Shown here piece after piece: positions 7,468 through 15,162 of a DNA stretch of 32,000 bases (positions are counted from its first letter, which is position 1; each line of letters begins with the position of its first letter). A program made the position numbers and the translations under genes. Below the pieces are notes generated by a model, which saw only the letters and a program-made list of their open reading frames with translations, made no database searches and was not told the DNA's origin. The stretch is from Planctomycetales bacterium (GTDB taxonomy: Bacteria > 4484-113 > JAFGCY01), in the NCBI GenBank assembly GCA_022646745.1, contig CP060262.1, positions 2,190,001-2,222,000 of the forward strand. The letters run 5' to 3'.

Positions 7468-7681
7468 GGTACATTATTCGTTTGATTCATCGACAAGCTC
7501 AAGTGCCGGTGCGGCCATGCCGTGAGCAATGAGCAATGAAGAATGAGCAATGAGACTGACAAACATCTTCTTCCTCTGTGGGACTCTGTGGATCTCTGTG
7601 TTTGACAATCCTTTTCGTCCATATTGCCAATATAGTAGCGGCGCGGACATGCCGCGAATGGGTATGGATGCTGCGAGGTTC
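7436..7681 (+). repeat. ~245-bp repeat unit R1, copy B
   Basis: Aligns with 727-974. Hairpin at 7449-7467, heptamer tract at 7524-7558, palindrome ATATTGcCAATAT at 7621-7633. Confidence 0.85.
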
Positions 7682-7707
7682 TCTTGGCTGACGGGATTGG
7701 CACCACC

Positions 7708-7787
7708 GGAACGGGAAGTAGGGAGGCGGTAATACCGCCTCCCGGGATGGGGTGTTACCCCATCCCTACGTCAATCACCTTGGCAAC
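7708..7787 (+). repeat. twin-hairpin module, copy B (both hairpins perfect)
   Basis: Two abutting perfect 10-bp stems: GGGAGGCGGT-aat-ACCGCCTCCC (7721-7743) and GGGATGGGGT-gtt-ACCCCATCCC (7744-7766). The module ends in CTTGGCAAC. Confidence 0.8.
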
Positions 7788-7814
7788 GAAAAACGGCGGC
7801 CCGGGGGCCGCCGC
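7787..7814 (-). terminator. Rho-independent terminator (minus strand) about 140 nt after the coiled-coil gene stop
   Basis: The minus strand reads CGGCGGCC-cccg-GGCCGCCG followed by TTTTT. This is an 8-bp all-GC stem plus a T-tract. Confidence 0.6.
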
Positions 7815-7951
7815 TACTATCCGAACTACTCAAACTATTCCAGACTTTCCCTGCCCGGATCGCTCCGGGCCACCGATTGGAGGCCAGGCAGTTTGCCTGG
7901 CAATTGCCAAGCTGACAGCTTGGCCTCCAAGCCAGGCTTGCGCCAGACATC

Positions 7952-9673
7952 CTACTTCACCACCGCCTTAGCGGCGCAGGGGCGGCCCTCGTCATCCGTC
8001 GTCACTTCCACGCGCACCTGGCAGTCGTAGCCATTCTGCTTCAGCCACTTGTTGACCGTCGCCGCCATCTTCTTCGCCGGGGTGTTGACCGGGAAGCTGA
8101 ACAGGTGGTCCTCGAAGCGGAAGCTCAGCTTGGCGCCACGCTCGGTTTCAAGGTCCGCCTCGCGCAGCATCGTCAGCTCCAGCAGCTCGCCGTCCGGCAG
8201 CTGCAGTTCAGTCAGCACACCCTTCAGTTCGTCAATCTTCTGCAGCTCAAGCTTGACTTCCTCCAGCTTCAGGTCCTCCAGACCCTTCAGCTCCAGTTCC
8301 AGCTCGCGGCCCAGTTCCTCCAGGTTGACATGCAGGTCCTGCTGGAAGGCCTCGTTCTCCAGCTGGCTGAGCTGCAGTTCCAGCACCAGCTGGTCGCCAT
8401 CCAGCTCCTGCAGCAGCTCCAGCTGCAGTCCCTCATGCAGTTCGCGCAGCTGTAGTTCCTGGTCGCGCAGCTCCGTGATCGCGACTTCGCGGATGCTGTC
8501 CAGTGAATCGAGGCCCTTGAGCGCCTCCTCCAGTTCCAGCTCGAGCTGGCCGTCCTGCAATTCGATTAGCGCATTGTCAAGTTCAATGCCGGCCTGCTTC
8601 AGTTCCTTTTCCACCAGCGCCTGGATGTCAAGTTCCTGCAGGCGGTCCCGTTCCTCGCCCATCTCCTTGCGGGCGCGCTCCATTTCCTCGCGTGCCAGGT
8701 CAAGTTCTGCACGGTGATCGTCCAGCTGAACCTCGCGGATTTCCTTCAACATCCGCTCACGGTCGGCATCCGTTGCTCCACGTTGCGCTTCCTCCGCACG
8801 GATCTTCTCCAGCTTCACCTTCAGCTGCTTCACGTTCTCGCTGTCCGGCCCCTGGCCCTCAAGCAGTTCCAGCTGGGCCTCGATCGCCGCGCTGGCCTCA
8901 TCAAGCCGGCTGGCACGCTCGCCCATCACACCCTCAAGCATCTGCCTTGCGCGGGCCAGTTCATTCTTCGCCCGGGCCAGCTCCTCACGGCTCTGCTGGT
9001 CAGCGCCGCCGGCCAGCAGCTCGATTTCCTCCCGCAGTTCCTGCATCCGGCCGCGAATGCTGTCCTCGTCGGTGTAGGCACTGAAGCGCTCCGCTGCCCG
9101 CTTGCGTGCTGACTGCGCCTCCGCACTGTCCTCATCCATCACGAAGATCACGCCGCTCAGGCTGCGCAGGTTGTCATCGCTGAAGCTGCTCATCACGGCG
9201 ACATGGTGCGCACTTTCGCGGATCGCGCGGAAGCGGTCGAGGATGCCCTGGCTCTGCAGCTCCCACTGCTCGCGCTTGGCCGCCTCCTCGTCCGCGCTGG
9301 CGGCCACGCCGAGGTCGAAGACGATTGCCTGTCCGGCGCTGTTGGCATACGAAGGGCCGGCCGGCAGCTGCGCCGCCACGGTCACGCCGAGCAGCAGCCC
9401 GCCGGCGATTGCCAGCCTGGCCGGCCAGGGGCGGCCGCTCATCAGTTTCACGATTGGATTCATCCTGTTCTCCCTGTTACTTGTTGACTGTTCCCGCGCG
9501 GCTGCCAGCATCCGCTCCCGCCCCGGTTCGATCCCGGCGGGGATGCGCATGCCTGACAGCGCACTGTTGATCTCAGCTTCCCGCCGCAGTTCCGCAGCAT
9601 TTTGTGTGTCCGCGTCCGGCGGCAGTTCCGCCGCTGTCAGCTTCCCGAGCTGGATCCGTTTGATGGGGTCCAT
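7952..9673 (-). CDS. membrane-anchored coiled-coil protein, putative anti-sigma factor
   Basis: The 573-aa ORF starts at an ATG that overlaps the sigma-factor stop by 1 nt (TGATG at 9671-9675). A short N-terminal segment is followed by a single hydrophobic helix (LAIAGGLLLGVTVAAQL). After that comes a long Glu/Leu/Gln/Arg/Asp-rich heptad-like region and a small C-terminal globular segment. No zf-HC2 motif is present, so the anti-sigma role is inferred from position only. Confidence 0.45.
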   Translation of the reverse strand: MDPIKRIQLGKLTAAELPPDADTQNAAELRREAEINSALSGMRIPAGIEPGRERMLAAAREQSTSNRENRMNPIVKLMSGRPWPARLAIAGGLLLGVTVAAQLPAGPSYANSAGQAIVFDLGVAASADEEAAKREQWELQSQGILDRFRAIRESAHHVAVMSSFSDDNLRSLSGVIFVMDEDSAEAQSARKRAAERFSAYTDEDSIRGRMQELREEIELLAGGADQQSREELARAKNELARARQMLEGVMGERASRLDEASAAIEAQLELLEGQGPDSENVKQLKVKLEKIRAEEAQRGATDADRERMLKEIREVQLDDHRAELDLAREEMERARKEMGEERDRLQELDIQALVEKELKQAGIELDNALIELQDGQLELELEEALKGLDSLDSIREVAITELRDQELQLRELHEGLQLELLQELDGDQLVLELQLSQLENEAFQQDLHVNLEELGRELELELKGLEDLKLEEVKLELQKIDELKGVLTELQLPDGELLELTMLREADLETERGAKLSFRFEDHLFSFPVNTPAKKMAATVNKWLKQNGYDCQVRVEVTTDDEGRPCAAKAVVK

Positions 9674-10227
9674 CAGAGTTCCTCCGGCGCCGAACTGGCA
9701 CCACAGTAGATCGCCTGTGCATCGAGCAATCTCCGCAGGCTGCGCCGTGCACGGAACAGCCGCTGCGAGACCATGCTGACCGAGAGCCCCAGCACCGTTG
9801 CCAGTTCCGCGAGCTGCAGGTCCTCGATGTAGAAGAGGGTCAGCAGTTCACGCTGCGGTTCCGGCAGCTGCTGCATCGCGACGGCCAGCGCATCCGAGAG
9901 GATGCTGCAGTCCTCGCCAGCGGAGATACGTTCCTCGGCCAGCTCCTCCTCCGGCTTGCGGCGCCGCAGTCCGGAGATGAAGCGGGTGCGCACGATCGCC
10001 ATCAGCCAGGCACGGAATCCGGCGGGTTCCCGCAGCTGGCCGAACTTGCGCATCGCATGCGCCAGTGAGTCTTGCAGCAGGTCCTCGGAGTCCTCGCGGC
10101 GCGCGCAGAGGTAGAAGCAGTACCGCCAGGCAGCGCTGTAGATTTCCGGCGTCAGTGCTTCCTCGAATGCCGCGGGAGCCGCGTCGCTCGCTTGCACGTA
10201 ATCAGGGATGCCTCGAGCATAGGCCAA
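9673..10227 (-). CDS. ECF-type RNA polymerase sigma factor (sigma-70 family, group 4)
   Basis: The 184-aa ORF has region 2 (EDSEDLLQDSLAHAMRKF...FRAWLMAIVRTRF) and region 4 (LPEPQRELLTLFYIEDLQLAELATVLGLSVSMVSQRLFRARRSLRRLL). The track start is TTG, so the exact start is uncertain. Confidence 0.85.
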   Translation of the reverse strand: MAYARGIPDYVQASDAAPAAFEEALTPEIYSAAWRYCFYLCARREDSEDLLQDSLAHAMRKFGQLREPAGFRAWLMAIVRTRFISGLRRRKPEEELAEERISAGEDCSILSDALAVAMQQLPEPQRELLTLFYIEDLQLAELATVLGLSVSMVSQRLFRARRSLRRLLDAQAIYCGASSAPEEL

Positions 10228-10269
10228 TCTAACGGGCAGGGGAGAAAAAAGGGCGGAGTTTGGAGTGGG

Positions 10270-10295
10270 GGAACCGGGAACGGGGAACAGGGAAC
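10270..10295 (+). promoter_or_regulatory. four phased GGAAC pentamers (7-bp period)
   Basis: GGAAC occurs at 10270, 10277, 10284 and 10291 in the sigma/yceI divergent intergenic region. GGAAC is the common ECF -35 core. No convincing -10 element at canonical spacing was found. Confidence 0.3.
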
Positions 10296-10323
10296 AGTTT
10301 CCCGGTCACAGCAATCTCATCAG

Positions 10324-10339
10324 GTATCAAAGTTGATAC
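10324..10339. promoter_or_regulatory. perfect 16-bp palindrome GTATCAA-ag-TTGATAC, candidate operator
   Basis: Seen directly in the sequence. A third GTATCAA half-site lies at 10391-10397. The palindrome sits about 120 nt upstream of the yceI start. Confidence 0.3.
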
Positions 10340-10460
10340 TTCAGTTTTGGCTATTCCAAACAGAATTGAAATAAGCCCCGTCTGGACGAAGTATCAAGAC
10401 AAATCAGCCGCCGGCTGGGAAGACCGGCCGGAAAAATTTCAAGATGAGGTGGACCCCGAA

Positions 10461-11036
10461 ATGAAGAAGACCGCACTTAGCATGCTGACTGGCATCCTCG
10501 CCCTGCTGATCATGGCCCTGCCGGCTTCGGCCGCGGATGAGCTGGCTGTGGACCCGGTGCACTCCAGCATCGTGTTTCGCATCCTGCACATGAACGCTGC
10601 CCCGGTGTTCGGCCGCTTCAACGAGAAGAGTGGCACGATCATGCTGGATGCCGCCAACCCGGCCAACAGCTCCGTCAGCTTCACCGTGGAAGCCGGCAGC
10701 ATCGACACCGGCAACCAGAAGCGCAATGAGCACCTGGTCAGCCCGGACTTCTTCAGCGCGAAGGAGTTTCCCACGCTCAGCTTCAAGAGCACGAGCGTGA
10801 GCAAGGTTGACGACAGCACCTGGAAGGTCAAGGGCAACCTGACCGTCCACGGCGTAACGAAGGAAGTCACCTTCAACGCAATGCACCGCTTGGGAGCGGG
10901 TGCCAACGGCGCTGCGATCCACGGCTTCTACACCGAGTTCTCCATCAACCGGATGGATTACAACGTCGGCCCGAGCTTCGACAACAACGCCCTGGGCCAC
11001 GAGGTACAGCTCTACATCAGCCTCGAAGCAAAGTAG
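10461..11036 (+). CDS. yceI: YceI family periplasmic protein
   Basis: Start MKKTALSML... at ATG 10461, preceded by GAGGTGG. Signal peptide ...ALPASAA. The motifs DPVHSSIVFRILHM, GRFN, HGVTKEVTF and the C-terminal beta-rich region are typical of YceI. Confidence 0.85.
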   Translation: MKKTALSMLTGILALLIMALPASAADELAVDPVHSSIVFRILHMNAAPVFGRFNEKSGTIMLDAANPANSSVSFTVEAGSIDTGNQKRNEHLVSPDFFSAKEFPTLSFKSTSVSKVDDSTWKVKGNLTVHGVTKEVTFNAMHRLGAGANGAAIHGFYTEFSINRMDYNVGPSFDNNALGHEVQLYISLEAK

Positions 11037-11060
11037 GCGTTTTCGGAACGAAACAGGCAA

Positions 11061-11095
11061 ACAGCCCGTCTGTATGGCGGGCTGTATCATTTTCT
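11061..11095 (+). terminator. Rho-independent terminator after yceI
   Basis: ACAGCCCG-tctgtatgg-CGGGCTGT followed by ATCATTTTCT. Confidence 0.7.
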
Positions 11096-11120
11096 GACAT
11101 TGCGCCCAAGGAGTTGAGGG

Positions 11121-11666
11121 ATGAAAGAGAAGCGACACATCACACACATCATGTACACGGCGATCGCACTGCTCGGCCTGCTGTGGCTGGCCTCCTGCGG
11201 TGGTGACTCCGGCCCCGGCGGCGGAATTGACACCCGCGCCAACATGTACAGCACCTCCGCCGTCAGCAACTTCGGCGGACCGGATGCTGATGACGTGGAC
11301 GCCCGCAGCGACGCCCGCGCGCTGATGGTGAACCGCACCTTCGACTTCACCGAGAGCGGCTACGTGCTCGGCAACGGCCTTGTCTCAACGGCGGCCGGCG
11401 GCAATGTGAACTTCGGCAACGGCACAGGCACGGTGGCCTATACGGGGGACAGCGGCAGCGTCTCCATGGGCATCGCCCCGGCCAGCCCGGACTACAGCAA
11501 CGTCGACCTGAACGGCAGCTTCAGCAAGGCCTCAGCGCAGTCCGCGATTGACAACGCCGGCAACACCTTCACCGTCAACTGGCAGATGAGCTACACCTAC
11601 AACAGCCGGGCCTACGAGATCCACTTCGACAGCACCCTGACAGGCAGTGACTTCCGTCAGCTCTGA
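11121..11666 (+). CDS. hypothetical lipoprotein
   Basis: The 181-aa ORF has GGAG upstream of the ATG and the lipobox LLWLASC followed by GGDSGPGGG. The mature part is Gly/Asn/Ser/Thr-rich with no recognised domain. Confidence 0.6.
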   Translation: MKEKRHITHIMYTAIALLGLLWLASCGGDSGPGGGIDTRANMYSTSAVSNFGGPDADDVDARSDARALMVNRTFDFTESGYVLGNGLVSTAAGGNVNFGNGTGTVAYTGDSGSVSMGIAPASPDYSNVDLNGSFSKASAQSAIDNAGNTFTVNWQMSYTYNSRAYEIHFDSTLTGSDFRQL

Positions 11667-12319
11667 TCCGGCGGCTGGCCGTCCAGCACCAGCGGGTCCT
11701 TCGAGCGGAAGATCGCGGCCCCTGAGCCGCCGAGGCTCATGGTGATGCTTGTCAGTTCGTCCACCGTCAGGTTGACGTCGTGGATGTCATGCACCGGCGC
11801 GAGGTAGTTCGTGCCGGAGGTCGGCAGCGGCGCGCTCGGGATGTAGACGATGCGGTGCGGCACGCCGTGCAGGTCGAAGGACTCCGAGTTGACCATCAGC
11901 CCGAGCATGTAGCAGTTGTCAATCCGCACGAGCACCGTGCTGCGCATCAACGAAGGGTCGTCAAGCTCACGGCCGCGAAACAGTTCGGCGAGCTGGTCGG
12001 TGGAGCTGTAGACGGTGTTCAGCACCGGCACGCGGCGCATCAGGCGCTCGAAGTAGCTGCGGATGCGCTGCGAGGCGATGCTGCCGCCGATGCGCCCGAT
12101 CAGCCAGAAGATCAGGATCGAGATGCAGAGGATCGCGAGGTAGATCAGGTAGACGCGGATGCCGACGTCCTCGCCGCCGAGCGCGTTGTAGAAGCGCGAA
12201 CGGCTGCCAAGCACGCCGGCGGACCAGTTGTAGACGAGCCCGACGGCCCAGATGGTCGCTGCCAGCGGCAGGAAGTACAGGATGCCCGCGATCACGGTCC
12301 CGAGGAATCTCTTGAACAT
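11657..12319 (-). CDS. DUF502 family membrane protein
   Basis: The 220-aa ORF has the N-terminal FLGTVIAGILYFLPLAATIWAV helix, a second TM helix, and a soluble C-terminal half, as in DUF502. GGAG lies 6 nt upstream of the ATG. The gene sits 29 bp downstream of the S8 gene, so co-transcription is likely. Confidence 0.65.
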   Translation of the reverse strand: MFKRFLGTVIAGILYFLPLAATIWAVGLVYNWSAGVLGSRSRFYNALGGEDVGIRVYLIYLAILCISILIFWLIGRIGGSIASQRIRSYFERLMRRVPVLNTVYSSTDQLAELFRGRELDDPSLMRSTVLVRIDNCYMLGLMVNSESFDLHGVPHRIVYIPSAPLPTSGTNYLAPVHDIHDVNLTVDELTSITMSLGGSGAAIFRSKDPLVLDGQPPDQS

Positions 12320-12348
12320 GCCAGCTCCGGTATTGGGCTGGAACCAGT

Positions 12349-15162
12349 TTACAATGCAGCCGCGCCGAGCGAGTAGGCGACCACCGCGTTGTCGCGCTCA
12401 TCCACCAGGCCGTCATTGTTGCAGTCGGCGAAGGGCGTCCAGGGCAGGGAGCCTGAGATGGTCATGCGCAGGGCTTCGTTGTCAGCCTCATCCACGATGC
12501 CATCGGCGTTGACATCACCGGCCAGGTTGTACTGCCAGACAGGCTGCCACAGTTCGTCTGAGACATTGCCGTGGATGTCAACCACGGTCATGTGCAGGCG
12601 GGCCTCCACGTTTCCCACGTCGTAGCCATCCGCGAGGTCGAAGCTGTAGCCGTGCGGGCCGGGGCCGGCCACGCTGACACGCAGGTCCGGCGGCTGCTCG
12701 ATCTGGAAGGCCGGGAAGTCCAGCCACCACCTGACGACGGCGATGCCAGCCGGATCGGCAGGCTCCACCTGCAGGGTCTGGGTGCCGGGTACGCTGCCGA
12801 AGTAAAGGGACTGCGGGTCCGCCACTGCCGCGACCGGCAGGTCGATCCAGCCGTCGCTGCCGAAGCACAGCACGTCGATCCACCAGCCCCATTCGAAGTC
12901 ATGCCACTGCGCACTGCTGCCGCTTTCCGCCGCCAGCAGGAACATCACCACCACGTCCTTGCCCTTGTAGGGGGCCAGGTCCAGTGTGATTTGGGTATGC
13001 GGCACGATGAAGCCGCCCATCGCGGGCAATTCCCCGTCAGTTGTCAGCATTGGCTCCCAGCTTTGGCCGTAGTCATCACTGAGCATGATGCGCTGCAATA
13101 CTTCCGTCACGTTGCAGCGGTGTTCGAGCGTGAGCGTCGGATTGCCGCTGGCGGGCACATGCACCGGCTGGCTCAGCACGGCGTCCAGCTCCATCCGGCC
13201 GTAGCCGGACAGCCCGATCTGCAGCTGGAACTGCGGCACCTCGCCGGGCTGCTCGTAGCGGTACCAGCTGGCCAGCCCGAGTTCGCGGAACTGCTGCTCC
13301 TGGCCGGTATAGTCCTGCATTGCCAGTTCACCCATCGCAGCAGGGTCGTACTGCGAGAGGTCCAGCGCGCTGCAGATGCCGAAGCCTTCCGTGAAGTGCT
13401 CCGCGAGCGGCATCGATAGCGGATCCCCGGCCACCACGATCTGCAGGCGGTCGTCATCAGTCACGCTGTCCGGGAAGAAGGCGGTGGCCTTCAGCTGGTG
13501 CAGCCCGCCCGTCACATTGGCAATGTTCAGTTCAGCCTGCCAGGGTGCATCAGTCAGTAGGGCGACGGTGTCACCGTCAATGCTCAACTCCACGGCATCC
13601 GGATCACCGCGCAGTTCGAGGGTGACCGGCATCGTGCCGTTCTGCACGATGCGCGCCGGGGGCACGATCGTGACCGAGGGGTTCACCGCGTTGTCAAACA
13701 GCATGGAGAAGTCCAGCCGGCGCACCTGCACGCCCTCGCCGAAACCGGTAGCCTCCACGCCGCTGGTCTCCAGCAGGCCGCGCATCTCGGGCAGGCTGAT
13801 CTCCGGGCGCAGGCTCCACAACAGCGCCGCCGCCGAGCTGACAAGTGGGGTTGCATAGCTGGTGCCGGTGCCACCGGTCACGAGGCCGTTGTCATCATTG
13901 GGGGCCAATGACGTGAGGTTCCAGCCGGGGGCCACGAGGTCCAGCGCGGGACCGTAGCTGGATGTGATCATGCGGCTCTCATCCGGCAGCGAGTTGCCGG
14001 TGGCGATCGCATCCGGGTAGGCGCCGGGGTAGGTCACGAACAGGTTGCCGTAGTTGCCGGCGCTGCAGACAAGCAGCACGCCGTCAGCCGCAAGCTGTTC
14101 GGTCATCGCCTGCATCGCCTCGTTGCCACCGCCGCCCCAGCTCAGGCTGATCACCTTTGCGCCGAGCGCATAGGCCAGCATCACCCCGGCGGTGATGCGC
14201 TCGATGCTCTCATTGCCACCGTCGTCGCTGATCTTGACCGGGAACATGCTGATGCCGGGTGCGGCACCGGCGATCGCGGCTGCGTTGTCACTTTCCGCGA
14301 TGATCTGGCCGCTGATGAAGGTGCCGTGCCCGTGGTTGTCCTCGATCGTCTCATCGTCATTGGCGATGTCGCAGTTGGTACCGGGGAACTCCACCGCCGG
14401 GTCCAGCAGCGCACTACCGAACTCGCTGTGGGTCATGCGCACGCCGGTGTCGACGACGCTCAGCAGCAGTCCGGGATCACCGAGTGTATGCTCCCAGGCG
14501 GCCTCGATGTGCATGTGCTTGATGTTCCACTGGCCGCCCTCCAGGTCGTCACTGGCGAGATAGACCGGGTCGTCCGGGCTGAAGGCCGGGGCGTAAAGCA
14601 GGCTGTACTCCGCCGTGCTGACCCAGTCGGCATAAGAGCTGCGCAGCTCGGTCAGCAGGGCATCGCCATCCACGCCATCCGGCAGGCCAAAGCCCGCCAT
14701 CAGTACCCTGCCGTAGTAGACCTGTTCGCGGATCTCCAGGCCGAAGTGCTGGGCGATGCTGTCAGTCACCGTTTCGAAGTTCGCGCGCGGACGAAGGATC
14801 GGGTTGGAGGCGAGGTGCGCCGTGGCAACCGGGGCGACCAATTCCGGGGGCAGGCTGCGGAACTCCGCATCGTCACGGTAGGTCACGCAGATGCTGTGTG
14901 GATCGAACAGTTCCAGCGGGGAGGAAGTACTGGCAGCAGCGGCATTGGCAGCAGGAGCCTGAGGGCCGAGCTGCGGGCCATGTCCGGCGCAGGCAGCAAG
15001 CAGCAGCAGGCTGCATGCCAGCGCAGTCAGTACATATATGTTTTCCAGCCGGGGCAATCCAGCCAGAGTATAACCGGGGGTCAGGAAACGCGCATTGGGG
15101 GGAGTGTGCCGCATGAAGTGGATATCGGCAGGCGCGGTGCTGCGGTTTGGAATTCCGGTCAT
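12349..15162 (-). CDS. S8 family (subtilisin-like) serine peptidase, probable lipoprotein, C-terminal dockerin-like repeats
   Basis: Catalytic motifs are VVDTG (Asp), HGHGTFISG (His), SAGNYG (Asn) and GTSYATPLV (Ser). The lipobox is LLLAAC. The C-terminus carries two Ca-loop repeats, GDVNADGIVDEADNEAL...CNNDGLVDERDNAV. The start is ATG at 15162 or at 15114. Confidence 0.85.
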   Translation of the reverse strand: MTGIPNRSTAPADIHFMRHTPPNARFLTPGYTLAGLPRLENIYVLTALACSLLLLAACAGHGPQLGPQAPAANAAAASTSSPLELFDPHSICVTYRDDAEFRSLPPELVAPVATAHLASNPILRPRANFETVTDSIAQHFGLEIREQVYYGRVLMAGFGLPDGVDGDALLTELRSSYADWVSTAEYSLLYAPAFSPDDPVYLASDDLEGGQWNIKHMHIEAAWEHTLGDPGLLLSVVDTGVRMTHSEFGSALLDPAVEFPGTNCDIANDDETIEDNHGHGTFISGQIIAESDNAAAIAGAAPGISMFPVKISDDGGNESIERITAGVMLAYALGAKVISLSWGGGGNEAMQAMTEQLAADGVLLVCSAGNYGNLFVTYPGAYPDAIATGNSLPDESRMITSSYGPALDLVAPGWNLTSLAPNDDNGLVTGGTGTSYATPLVSSAAALLWSLRPEISLPEMRGLLETSGVEATGFGEGVQVRRLDFSMLFDNAVNPSVTIVPPARIVQNGTMPVTLELRGDPDAVELSIDGDTVALLTDAPWQAELNIANVTGGLHQLKATAFFPDSVTDDDRLQIVVAGDPLSMPLAEHFTEGFGICSALDLSQYDPAAMGELAMQDYTGQEQQFRELGLASWYRYEQPGEVPQFQLQIGLSGYGRMELDAVLSQPVHVPASGNPTLTLEHRCNVTEVLQRIMLSDDYGQSWEPMLTTDGELPAMGGFIVPHTQITLDLAPYKGKDVVVMFLLAAESGSSAQWHDFEWGWWIDVLCFGSDGWIDLPVAAVADPQSLYFGSVPGTQTLQVEPADPAGIAVVRWWLDFPAFQIEQPPDLRVSVAGPGPHGYSFDLADGYDVGNVEARLHMTVVDIHGNVSDELWQPVWQYNLAGDVNADGIVDEADNEALRMTISGSLPWTPFADCNNDGLVDERDNAVVAYSLGAAAL

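Larger units (their letters stand above)
6775..7951. repeat. non-coding mosaic repeat array B (~1.2 kb)
   Basis: Lies between the pyk stop and the stop of the coiled-coil gene. It uses the same module set as array A, in the order: 3' module (inverted), partial R1 copies, R2, R1, twin hairpin, terminator, 3' module. Confidence 0.85.

Noticed and set aside
442-7951. CRISPR array interpretation of the repeat tracts
   Set aside because: There is no constant-length direct repeat alternating with unique spacers. The repeat units are 40-250 bp and heterogeneous, the micro-repeats are 7-9 bp tandem, and no cas genes are present in the window.
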